A stretch of 60,020 nucleotides of DNA, counting the filler, from Asterionella formosa (taxonomy: Eukaryota), in assembly GCA_002256025.1 (NCBI GenBank). It is 12 parts of 12 records of this genome, joined end to end, with 100 filler letters (N's around TTAATTAATTAA, not from the genome) between each part and the next. Parts side by side here need not be neighbours in the genome. Positions count along the whole stretch, not along the records: positions 20,096 to 25,006 come from NKIB01013297.1; positions 25,107 to 30,014 come from NKIB01013298.1; positions 30,115 to 35,018 come from NKIB01013299.1; 9 more parts are not named here. One strand, written 5' to 3'. The position numbers were made by a program, and so were the translations under genes. This document shows, piece after piece, positions 24,610 to 35,018 of the stretch (within the stretch, counting starts at the first letter, position 1; every line of letters begins with the position of its first letter). Below the pieces are notes generated by a model. It ran no database searches. It worked only from the letters and a program-made list of their open reading frames with translations, and was not told the origin of the DNA.

Positions 24610-25006
24610 ATTTACCTTGTATTAGGCGTCACAACGTTTTCCGTTACAAGGTATCGGTCATTTGACATACCATTCCAATGAAACAAGGTTCACCTTGTAT
24701 TGGCGAAAGGTCTGTATTTTCAACATATCCGGATATCACTACAATTCAAGTTGTTCCTTTATTTGTCGTGAGAATGTTATCCAATACAAGGTATTCCCTG
24801 TATTAGGCTCTGTTTATTTACCAATACAAGGTGGGAAAATTTTGCAATTCAAGGTTGCCCCTGTTTTGAGTTTTGGCTGTACTCCGTCACGTCCCAATAC
24901 AATGTCATGATTTCCAATACAAGGTGAAAATATTTTCCAATTCAAGGTTGCCCCTGTATTGGGTTTTGGCGGTACTACGTCTTGTCCCAGTACAAGGTGA
25001 CAATTT
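24610..25006. repeat. CCAATACAAGG / CCTTGTATTGG repeat array ending in a 93-bp tandem duplication
   Basis: Motif occurs in both orientations at ~24615, 24691, 24781, 24821 and 24914; units 24821-24913 and 24914-25006; runs into contig end. Confidence 0.75.
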
Positions 25007-25804
25007 NNNNNNNNNNNNNNNNNNNNNNNNNNNNNNNNNNNNNNNNNNNNTTAATTAATTAANNNNNNNNNNNNNNNNNNNNNNNNNNNNNNNNNNNNNN
25101 NNNNNNAAATCACCTCTGTTAAAGCCATCTATTCGACGTGTCATCCGAGAAATCGGAGGTTGGCCAACATATCTCAACGATCCTGTCAAGATTCGAAAGT
25201 GTCTTTCTTCTGATATTTTCAGTATTCACATCATCTTTACAGGAACTTCAAACGTCACTGCCTCTAGTTGTTTCAAAATATATGAATACAAGATATCTGA
25301 TATCTTTATTGGTTGGCGGTTCGTTAATATGGCCTACATTGATGAGACTGATCCTTCGAAAGACAAGAAGTGCAAATTCGATCTGTCGTTAATACATGAT
25401 ATTATTCCGCAACATGGAGGGGGAGCCGAATCGTTGGAATCCCGCGACAGCCTTTGAGATTTGCTTTATGTTCACTATTTTCCTGTACGAGCGGGATGTT
25501 GTGAAGGAATATCAATGAGGTAGTTTGCTTTGATTCGATTGGGTTCGATTCTTGCTGATATTGAGGTGACCCACCATAATCTGGAGGAATAGAGACAATG
25601 CCTGCTTGTTCTACCATTTCCTTCGTCTGCATGGGCGCCCCGAAGCACTCTGTACTAAGTGACATTTTTAACCCCCCAACATCTGCCAAGCATCGACCGT
25701 GAATCAACAGTAATCACTTCATCGGCACGGCAAATAAGTTTTGCCATATCAACACAGTGTACTCTAATTTATCATTATTATTATTGCTCGCACGTTTTAT
25801 TAGC

Positions 25805-26938
25805 TTATTGTGGCATGGCCAATCCATTGAGAGATATCAACGTAATGTCATATTGCAACGTAGCGTCAGGGGGGATGCCTCGGCGGGGGACGCCCACCGA
25901 TCCATAGGCAAGCGCAGGGGGTATAATTACCCGGCGTCGTTCTCCTACACATGTCCCGTACAAACCAACGTCCCATCCCGGTGGGAACTGTCCAAAAGGC
26001 TGCTTGTTCAGAACGAAAAACAACGAGACATCGTTTCCCCTCCCTGGAATGGCTTCCCCATTTATGCGAATAGCAGATCCATCAAAGACAGCGCCAGTTT
26101 CAACAACTGTTCCAAGGTACGATATTTCCAGTAAATCATCAGTGGTAGCTCCTCGGTTGCACATTTTAGGTGGGATCAACTGCGACACCGAAATGCGTTG
26201 ATCGACCTGATCTGTCACCTGCCTTCCCAACTTGACCGAACCATCCCAGTTTCTCTGTGTGGTGTCTCCTGCCGGAGCAACTTGAGTTGTGACCTCTCCT
26301 TCTGAAGCCATATTTTTCAGTTTTTGCTTGAAAATCGCTGGATCGCGAAATGAAATCACAATTCCTCCATCGGCTGGTGTGTTCTTGGCAGCTCTCGCCA
26401 CCATTATGGCCACGCCTTCTGCGTTGGTTCGCTCTGCCCCTTGACCATTCACAGAGACAACAATCCAATTTGTTTGAATGCCCAATTTTTCTGCGAGAGA
26501 ATCTCCAGTTACCGATTTCACAAAGACTCGTGTATTCGTACGAAACTCAATCTGTCCAAGTTCGAGACCCAGCCCTTTCGAAAGATCCGACTTTGGGATA
26601 AAAAGAGAGATTTCGTCTGATGGAGCTGCCAATGCCTGCGGCGAGGATTGAATAGGCGGAGAAACAGCTTGAAGACCTCGATAGGACGAGTCGAAATCAG
26701 TGTTGGCAAACGTGTCTGTCTCATCTGTAACCGCTCCCTTGCTCTCGGTGGGCAGTATTAGACAAGCAGTGAGGGAGCTTGCAAGTGCTGCTAAAGCATC
26801 GCGCCGATCTGTTGGCGACATTTGTAGACATGTACTCGTTCTCGACGATTGGAAGACTTTCGTAAACGAAGATGCTACTTGGATCGTCTGAAGTAGTAAG
26901 ACTACAACAGCCGCGACGGAACAGCGGTACGTTGCCAT
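25805..26938 (-). CDS. PDZ + FKBP-type peptidyl-prolyl isomerase, predicted thylakoid lumen
   Basis: Signal peptide ending VASS-F, transit region, RR motif (TDRRDALAAL..SKGA); PDZ-like GLGL..VFVKSV..SLAEKLG..IVVSVNG; FKBP ISYLG..FDGS..GWDVGL..VGERRRVIIPPALAYG..IPPDATLQYDITL. Start could be 26938 or 26956. Confidence 0.88.
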   Translation of the reverse strand: MATYRCSVAAVVVLLLQTIQVASSFTKVFQSSRTSTCLQMSPTDRRDALAALASSLTACLILPTESKGAVTDETDTFANTDFDSSYRGLQAVSPPIQSSPQALAAPSDEISLFIPKSDLSKGLGLELGQIEFRTNTRVFVKSVTGDSLAEKLGIQTNWIVVSVNGQGAERTNAEGVAIMVARAAKNTPADGGIVISFRDPAIFKQKLKNMASEGEVTTQVAPAGDTTQRNWDGSVKLGRQVTDQVDQRISVSQLIPPKMCNRGATTDDLLEISYLGTVVETGAVFDGSAIRINGEAIPGRGNDVSLFFVLNKQPFGQFPPGWDVGLYGTCVGERRRVIIPPALAYGSVGVPRRGIPPDATLQYDITLISLNGLAMPQ

Positions 26939-26972
26939 GAGGATGAATTTATGCAAGTACCGGGTACATACA

Positions 26973-27527
26973 NNNNNNNNNNNNNNNNNNNNNNNNNNNN
27001 NNNNNNNNNNNNNNNNNNNNNNNNNNNNNNNNNNNNNNNNNNNNNNNNNNNNNNNNNNNNNNNNNNNNNNNNNNNNNNNNNNNNNNNNNNNNNNNNNNNN
27101 NNNNNNNNNNNNNNNNNNNNNNNNNNNNNNNNNNNNNNNNNNNNNNNNNNNNNNNNNNNNNNNNNNNNNNNNNNNNNNNNNNNNNNNNNNNNNNNNNNNN
27201 NNNNNNNNNNNNNNNNNNNNNNNNNNNNNNNNNNNNNNNNNNNNNNNNNNNNNNNNNNNNNNNNNNNNNNNNNNNNNNNNNNNNNNNNNNNNNNNNNNNN
27301 NNNNNNNNNNNNNNNNNNNNNNNNNNNNNNNNNNNNNNNNNNNNNNNNNNNNNNNNNNNNNNNNNNNNNNNNNNNNNNNNNNNNNNNNNNNNNNNNNNNN
27401 NNNNNNNNNNNNNNNNNNNNNNNNNNNNNNNNNNNNNNNNNNNNNNNNNNNNNNNNNNNNNNNNNNNNNNNNNNNNNNNNNNNNNNNNNNNNNNNNNNNN
27501 NNNNNNNNNNNNNNNNNNNNNNNNNNN
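26973..27527. other. Scaffold gap inside contig 6
   Basis: 555 N without the linker sequence; hides the divergent promoter and the TGT start. Confidence 0.95.
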
Positions 27528-29003
27528 CAAATAATGACAATGATTACACTGATTGGGATCCATTCAAGACGAGTGGCTGCGTTTTCGCCACATCAGAATG
27601 TTGCAGCAGCCAACGCCAGATCGATCCGCTTTGCCACGACGATTACTGCTGAACCCTCCGACAGTGACAGCTCAAAGGAGACTGGTGTTCAGATCAATTC
27701 AGTCGAACCCAATAATAATAAAATTTCAGAAGGCGGGAAGACTCGCAGCAGACCCAAGCACCCGCCACTGCCGACACCGAGTGACTTTCCAGACTGGTCC
27801 TTTGCACCACGAGATTACTTTCGGTTTGAGATTTTGCATCAGTCATCCAAGAGCCAAGCACGCGTAGGTCGCATTCATACTCCCCATGGAGTCATTGATA
27901 CCCCTGGATTTGTAGCAGTTGCCACAAACGCTGCTCTCAAGGGTGTGGACTTTCGAGATGCTGACGATTCAGGGCAGCAACTTATCTTTGCCAATACCTA
28001 TCATTTGATTCTACAGCCTGGACCGGATATTATTCGAGAAGCAGGAGGTATCCACAAGTATACCGGAAGGTTAGATCGTCCATTCATTACGGATTCTGGA
28101 GGCTTCCAAGTGTTTTCGTTGGCCTATGGCAGTGTTCAAGAAGAACTAGCATCAAGAGGAGAACTCAAACGACGTGTTGTTCAAGAAAGCAAACCCCAGC
28201 ATCACACTAATAGTGTTGGAGCAGATGCAGTAAAGGTGACGGAAGAGGGTGTCAAATTTAGGTCGTATCGCGATGGATCCAAATTCTTGTTGACACCAGA
28301 GAGTACGGTGCAAGCACAAAAGGACATTGGGGCTGATATTATTATTCCACTTGATGAACTTCCGCCTTACCATATAGATCGAGAATTGCTTGTCGAATCG
28401 GTAGATCGATCACATAGATGGGAGGCTCGTAGTCTAAGAGAGCACTTGAAGGATGTGAAAAATCAAGCAATGTACTGTGTCGTTCATGGTGGTATTGACA
28501 GGGAATTGAGAACAAAAAGTGTGGAATACTTGACATCGTTACCGTTCGACGGATACGCGATCGGGGGATCTCTCGGAAACGGACGAGAAGAACTGAAGGT
28601 CCTTTTGGAGTGGATGATGCCCTTGTTTGATGAAGGAGAGCGCAAATCGAAACCCCGGCATTTATTGGGAATTGCGGATGAAGAGAGTATTCGCAACGCC
28701 GTCACTAGAGGTTTAGACACTCTTGACTCTTGCTATCCAACTCGAATTGGTCGTCATGGTACGTTGCTGACACGAAACGGGCCCATAAAGATTAAGAGTG
28801 GAATTTATAGTAGGCAATATGGCGTCAAGATTGATGAGGCGTGCTCTTGTCGAACTTGCCAACGATACGATCGGGCTTACTTGTGGCACCTTGGGAAGGC
28901 CAATGAACCCCTGTTCGAGCAACTTTCCACGCTTCATAACATTCAATACATGAACGATATGATGGCTCAGATTCGACAAGATATTATGGAAGATAAGATA
29001 TAG
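27528..29003 (+). CDS. tgt: Queuine tRNA-ribosyltransferase, chlamydial-like bacterial type, plastid-targeted; 5'-partial
   Basis: ARVGRIHTPHG, ANTYHL, TDSGGFQVFSL, AIGGSLG, HLLGI, DSCYPTR, Zn site CSCRTC...H; N-terminal VAA-FSP presequence motif. Confidence 0.95.
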   Translation, partial: QIMTMITLIGIHSRRVAAFSPHQNVAAANARSIRFATTITAEPSDSDSSKETGVQINSVEPNNNKISEGGKTRSRPKHPPLPTPSDFPDWSFAPRDYFRFEILHQSSKSQARVGRIHTPHGVIDTPGFVAVATNAALKGVDFRDADDSGQQLIFANTYHLILQPGPDIIREAGGIHKYTGRLDRPFITDSGGFQVFSLAYGSVQEELASRGELKRRVVQESKPQHHTNSVGADAVKVTEEGVKFRSYRDGSKFLLTPESTVQAQKDIGADIIIPLDELPPYHIDRELLVESVDRSHRWEARSLREHLKDVKNQAMYCVVHGGIDRELRTKSVEYLTSLPFDGYAIGGSLGNGREELKVLLEWMMPLFDEGERKSKPRHLLGIADEESIRNAVTRGLDTLDSCYPTRIGRHGTLLTRNGPIKIKSGIYSRQYGVKIDEACSCRTCQRYDRAYLWHLGKANEPLFEQLSTLHNIQYMNDMMAQIRQDIMEDKI

Positions 29004-29018
29004 AAACATCTTTCCTAT

Positions 29019-29963
29019 TTATTGTCTTCTTGAAAGCTTCAGAGACTCTATTGTGCAGCGATCGAACCCTGCCTCGACAACAGCACTCACTAGGGTATCA
29101 GCAATCTTGGTTGCATCCGCCTCTGATGATGCCACAAATGTTACTCTTGAGCGGCCACCTTTCTCTGATTCGTTCAGCCACGACTTCGATTCAAGTATAT
29201 GAACTGATCCACGTTTTTGAATAGAGGTGTTTATCTTGTTTATACAAGCAACACATCCCATCGCAGGTACCAGCATCTCAATTTCAGCTTGAATTGGAAG
29301 CCCCACAGCATCTACAATGGTTCGCTTCTTCGGCCGATTGTTGCAGAGGTGTATTAGTTCTGGCAAAAAAGCCACAAGGAATTTTGCCGAGAGAATAGCC
29401 ACATTTCCCTGCGACTGAATCGATAAAAATGTTGCAAAGAGTAAGACTGCAAGGAAATATGGTCGAAGTGGACCTAGCCACTTGTTGAATCCAGCACACC
29501 CTCCAACTCCAACCATTGCATTGATAATGAGCTGGATACCGCAACAAGCGCTTGAAAGCAGCGGCATTACAACAGAATTGAATATGACTGTAAAGATTGA
29601 GGGTGACGCAAGTAGCGGTCCAAGTTTGTCAAAGCTTGAGTGACACGTGAGTCTCGCCGAAACTAGCACGGCTAAGCTAATTAATGTCTTCTGCAACATT
29701 CCCGGTGACCAGATAAGATAATAGGAAAGTGCAGTAGACTCCCCAATCTCGCCCTTGCGCGGATTTCTGTGACTACCACTACGAAGCAGTAATGAATCCA
29801 TATGCGGGCGAGGCATACTGAACGCTAGCTGCGTATTCTTGGACAGTCGCTTGATGCGACCCTGAGCTTCGAACCCCTCAGCGCGAGAGTTGCTTGATAA
29901 GATATGGATCAACAACACCGCAAAGGCCCATGCATGACTAACTCCTAACTTTCCCATTCTCAT
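29019..29963 (-). CDS. MerT-like membrane domain fused to an HMA domain (MerTP-like heavy-metal transporter) with N-terminal signal peptide
   Basis: PLLSSACCGIQL...LGPLRPYFL resembles MerT (ASACC..LEPYRP); C-terminal AMGCVAC in an HMA-like context. Confidence 0.75.
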   Translation of the reverse strand: MRMGKLGVSHAWAFAVLLIHILSSNSRAEGFEAQGRIKRLSKNTQLAFSMPRPHMDSLLLRSGSHRNPRKGEIGESTALSYYLIWSPGMLQKTLISLAVLVSARLTCHSSFDKLGPLLASPSIFTVIFNSVVMPLLSSACCGIQLIINAMVGVGGCAGFNKWLGPLRPYFLAVLLFATFLSIQSQGNVAILSAKFLVAFLPELIHLCNNRPKKRTIVDAVGLPIQAEIEMLVPAMGCVACINKINTSIQKRGSVHILESKSWLNESEKGGRSRVTFVASSEADATKIADTLVSAVVEAGFDRCTIESLKLSRRQ

Positions 29964-30884
29964 CCTGTGGTCACAGTTCTATTCGTCGACACAGCCGTGT
30001 TGAGAAATTTCGTGNNNNNNNNNNNNNNNNNNNNNNNNNNNNNNNNNNNNNNNNNNNNTTAATTAATTAANNNNNNNNNNNNNNNNNNNNNNNNNNNNNN
30101 NNNNNNNNNNNNNNAGTGATATAGCAATCACTCTGCAGTGATTCTTTCCACCAAAGCGCAACTGTTGAGTAATAACAAGAATCAATTTAGGTTGGAACAA
30201 AGGCTTAATGCTGGATCGTCTCCTAATTATGAATGAAACACAAAATAATACCGAAATTTCGTTGTTCATAAGGTCGATGGATAATTTACCATCCGTTGTA
30301 TATGTACCTGGTGTATACTTGCAGAAGCATACCCGTAGATGATTCTCCCAACAAGAATTCGACAAAATTATATACAGATTTCGTCACAAAATTCATTGAA
30401 GACATCGGGTCTTTTGAACCGAACCTCCCCAGCAGGAGAAAGTGTAACTAAGGTACGCTATCACCTTCGAAATCCAAAATTCGATTTCTTACGAATTTAA
30501 CTTGATGCTTAATTTTGATTGGCCCTCAAATAAATGGTCAAACCCATCCATTCATACACGTGGCATACAACTCGTGCATTCTTTATGCTGAATGTGGTAC
30601 CAGTATCAATGTTCCCTCACAAGTCAGTTCTTTTCCTCTTCAAAAAATTTAAAACACGGGGTCACAAAACATAGTATCTATATAGCAATTCCTGAGGTAA
30701 GGCAAATTCTAACTAAGAAATGAACCTACCTAAATAAGAATTGATACACCAGCTCTGTCGGACTGTCTATATTCCGTCAAAAAATTCTTATTTTTGATTA
30801 GTCTTCGCAAAGTAACCATGTGGAAACTTATTTACCTGCACCAAGATGCGGCATCATCAGACATCTACCGGACACTTACGCTGA

Positions 30885-31160
30885 TTCTCGTAGAAATGTT
30901 CCGACAGTAGGCCGGTTTTTCGACAAAAGTCTGAACTTCAGTTCATTTCCAGTTCATAGTTTTACACGGAATATCTTGCACTTCTATGTTGAACTTGGAG
31001 TGAAGTTTGATCATTAGAGGGGAATACCGGACAAATGGCCGTTTTCTTCCGCTAGTCATTTTCTCGTGGCATTTTACATAGGCAGTGGTTGTCTTGATGG
31101 AATCTTTATTTATGCATTTTGATGCAAACTACGAAAGTATCATGTGTGTATGGGCAATTT
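30885..31160. repeat. Interspersed repeat, uninterrupted homologue of 8420-9242
   Basis: Reverse-complement match, e.g. AAGTCTGAACTTCA and AGTATCATGTGTGTATGGGC. Confidence 0.75.
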
Positions 31161-31301
31161 CAGCGAGGAAAAAAATGCATTCATATGATGAAAATTACAT
31201 GAGTATAATGTGTTTATGGGCGATTTCATTGAGGATCGGCATCAAGCAAGAAATTTCAAAAGCACACACCACATCATACTCATCATTCATTGCATCTCCA
31301 C

Positions 31302-31598
31302 CTCATGGCAAATACTGTCCCCATTCATGGGGCATCCTCTCCAGGATGTTAATGAACAAATGATGATAGAAAATATTGTGGCTGGTGGAACAAGGCGGCC
31401 GGGCATACATCGCTGATAGCCTCCTGTTTGCAAGGTGGTGCTTGGAGCATCAAACTGAGTGGCTCACAGCAAATACTAGAAACCGACTCCAACAACTGGA
31501 AATTGAAGCAGAAGGAAAGGGAACAAGGCAAGGCGGGATGCACATCAAATCAGGCTTTGCCCTTTTGCTAGAGAATACAGCAGAGGAGCCTGTTATTT
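31302..31598 (+). repeat. Crypton-derived segment X, duplicated at 43996-44300
   Basis: CTCATGGCAAATACTG...GAGCCTGTTATTTTG is present in the same orientation at both ends of the reconstructed Copia. Confidence 0.85.
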
Positions 31599-31848
31599 TG
31601 ATAAGATGCTATCTAAAGACAAATTGGCCTGTTAGTGCCCTGCTGTAAAGGTAGGTCCAACAAGTTGTGACTTGAGGCCGTTCCAGCAGTACTTTTTACT
31701 AGGTTAGTATGTATCTACCTAGATGGTACAACCACGTTGTACCAGTACCCATCAAGTACTATGGATATCTGATTCATTAGTTGGTGCAGTAAGCGGTAAG
31801 TCACCAATTCCCCGGAGAACCCGAGCAATCTCGTTCCCGTATTTATCA
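31599..31848 (-). mobile_element. Copia 3' LTR (250 bp)
   Basis: TGATAA...TTATCA termini; adjacent PPT (AAGAGGAG on minus, 31849-31856); near-identical to 43745-43996. Confidence 0.92.
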
Positions 31849-31934
31849 CTCCTCTTGAATCGATAACCCAATAAAAAAAGTTTGATTGACCATAATAGAA
31901 TAATACTTGCATAGAATATGCAAATCCCTAATCC

Positions 31935-34900
31935 CTATCGATGCATCACCTCCCCAACTAACATGGCAAACACCTTGTTAGTCTGGGCCTTGGTGAGCAC
32001 ATCTGCAAAATTATACCTTCCATCAATCTTGACTGGATGTACAATTCCGCATGCTGCCGCCTCCCTCACCTTGTGATATGAGATGGTAACATTTTTCTTC
32101 TTCAACAAACTATCCTTGATAGTTACTTTCTGAACTACTCCAAGGTTGTCACCAAACAGGTATGAGGCATGAGGCATGAGCCATCCGCACTCCCATTGAG
32201 CGCAGCATATAACGAAAAGCTATGGTTTCTTCAACTGCAATGCGCATAGCACAAAACTCAGCGCCGTATGTTGATGTCTCCACTGCTCCTTGTCGCCTAC
32301 TCATAAAGAATACAGGTGTTCTTCCAACAAATATAATCAAACCGGTCACTGACCTGCGTGTGATCTTGTCATGGGCATGATCTGAGTCAACAAACACAGT
32401 TATGTCCAACTCATCGACCAATGGCTTTGGTAGGTTGCAGTCAACCTCCTCAGATGCTTCAGGGTAGTCTTTACCAAGAATACTTGCGTAGTCTTTAGAA
32501 AAATCTTCCTTGAATCCTGAGAAGTCAGGCGACCTAAAATCCACAACAATTCGCCTATTTGGCCTCCTCTTTAGGTAGCCAAACACTTTCAATACCCGCT
32601 CAAGGTGTCCTTTTCTTGGACATGCAGAGAATCTTGACAATGACATTGTAGCATGTGCAACATCAAATCTCCCAATTGTTACTTCCCCATTCAACATGCC
32701 AATTAACATCTGAAACTTTCGATGTTCATCATCACTAAGTAGTGTGGTGTCATCGAGTTCTGGATGATCATTTGCACTCATTGGAATTGTACTTTTGGGT
32801 TGCACATCAAACATCACCTCAATTCTTGCAATCGACTCTTGTATGTATTTCTTGCATCCAAAACACCACCTGCCCTTCTTGTCCTTCTTGAAGTCATTTT
32901 TCCCAAGGTAATATTCTGGAGGACCTTCAGACTTGATCATATAGACCTGCTTGAGTCCTTCCATAATTACTTCAGGAGTTTTTGACACTATCATGAAGTC
33001 ATCTGACTGGGTGCAGATATATTCATAGTGTGAAGTATCATTGCTCATCTTGTACCACAAATCTTTGTCGTACCTAGTTGGCTGGAACCCCATTCCCCAG
33101 ATCGTGTCCGCAAAATGCGCCCACCAACGCTCAGAGCTTGATCTCAAAAAACCATATAGTGCTTTTTGGATGAGAATGATTGATCCCCTCAACTCCTCTC
33201 CAAATTCTGGTTCAGCACGGCAGTATACTAGCTCATTAGTGTATGCATTGATGTAAGCATTTCCAACATCTCCACAAAGCAGCTTCAAGTTCTCCTTGTG
33301 TGCAATCACATGTAGCATTCTAACACTTATGCCTTTCACAGTTGAAGAGTAAATATTGTTGTCAAGTGCGTCAACTAGATGTCCGCCAGCCACAAGTCTT
33401 GCCTTGCGCCGTAGATCTTGTTTGACGTCAAAGATCACTGTCAGTGTTGTCCATTGATATCCGACTCCAGGGTTAAAATCTGGCTTCTTAAATTCAAAAC
33501 ATTCCATTTCAACAAGTGAGGAGATTTCACGTTTGATTGCCTCTTGCCAGGCAGAATGTGTTTCCACTTTGCTTGTCCAATTCCATTGCATGGGTGACAT
33601 TTTGTGGGACCTCAATACCATGATACTTGAGAATTTTCTTCCTAATCTTAGGATGCTTCTTCTTCCTTATGTCGCCACGCCTCACTGTGTACACCTGATC
33701 ACATCCATCAAAATGATGCTCATATAACCTTGCAATTCTTTGGAAAGCTCGTTTGATGTCTCGAAATGTTTTCTTTGCCCATTGCATGACTCTATCCAGG
33801 CATTTGGAACGACTGACATTGTTGTCTACAATGTATTGTGCTGTCATGTTTGGATGGTCAAGCTTCAAGTCCTGAAATGATTCCCAGGAGACATTTTCAG
33901 TATCCCAGTGCACCTCCAACTCAAGTTGCCCGGCCTTCCAGCGATGCGCTTGAATATCAGTTACCCTGGAACCACTCATCTTTGTTGCCTCTGTATACTC
34001 TTCAGCTAGCTCATTATTGATCTCATCACACATTTCAATGTCATGTGTTGCGTCAAGTGGATTAAAGTCGAACTGAACATCATTGGTGTTGGATGGTGGA
34101 TTTTTTGATTTGTTGTTGTCTACTTCTGTTGTAGTACATTGCTCCTCTTTCCCCTCCTGCTCCTCTAGACCCTTTGATGTTTCAATGATCTGAGGAGTAG
34201 GAGCAAAATGAAATAGATGCATAGGATTGTGATCCTCTGGTTCATCTAGAGTTTCAGGAATAGGACTGGTGGGAGCGTTCCTTTTGCGTTTACGATCCTT
34301 CATTTTTGTTATTCTGGACTTGAGCGTAAGGTCACCATAAGGTACCTCATCACTGTAAGGCTCAGCTGAAGTTTCCTTTCGTGTTCGAACAATATTACGA
34401 ATGAGTTCAACACCTTTTTCCCAATTACCATCAGGACATGTCCAAATGCGATAAGTGAATGCATCTCCATGGTTCCATGCGATACCCACAAACCTTCCTA
34501 GAAGAAAGTTTGGGTTGGGTTACTTGGCTGTTGGCTCATAGTAATAGATTGCTTGCCAGAAGGAAAATCGAAACACAGAAATGTCTGGAGTTCTTCCATA
34601 AAGTCTCCCATTGTGAGTCCTCCAATCCAGTCCCTTATGCTGAATGATTTAGGCAATCAATAACCCACATCATGCAATAGCACCAGAACGTCAGTGGAGC
34701 TTTTGCCAAGCGTAGAGATAAAAAGAGATAAAATAGTTCGAGATTTAATGTCCCGGATCTTGAGCTCTGCCTGGTTCTGGTTTTGGTTGTGGCTGTGGGA
34801 CAGAATGGATTTGTTTTGTGATGTTTTCCCGGCTTGTTTTGATCCACAATGTGCCAGACTGAGTTTGAGAGTTATCAGTCAACAAAATGTTGGGAGCTCC

Positions 34901-35018
34901 AACCTCACGTACAAAATCCTGGTATGCTCCATGTGAATGTGCCTCTCTAAACATACAACGTGCAAACAGAAATTGCGATGGAATTTGAATGAAGAGTTGC
35001 ACACATGAGTAGTTCTGG
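31935..35018 (-). mobile_element. CoDi-type Ty1/copia pol: integrase, chromo-like spacer, RT, RNase H; frameshifted
   Basis: FVREVGAPNILLTDN; HGIEVPQNVTHAMELDK; FDVKQDLRRKARLVAGGH; GDVGNAY; QSDD; FVDSDHAHDKITRRSVTG; STYGAEF; GDNLGVV. Confidence 0.93.

Noticed and set aside
26902..27652. Long ORFs running through N runs, including the 688-aa TGT start at 26937
   Set aside because: Artefacts of translating N; the true TGT start is in or just after the gap.
25107..30014. Bacterial contamination suggested by intronless tgt and merT-like genes
   Set aside because: The genes carry eukaryotic bipartite presequences, alternate in strand rather than forming an operon, and share the local GTAC motif.
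31302..31848. Treating X plus LTR as one 550-bp LTR
   Set aside because: The order is permuted between the two sites (X-LTR versus LTR-X); the PPT, PBS and TG..CA define the 250-bp unit alone.
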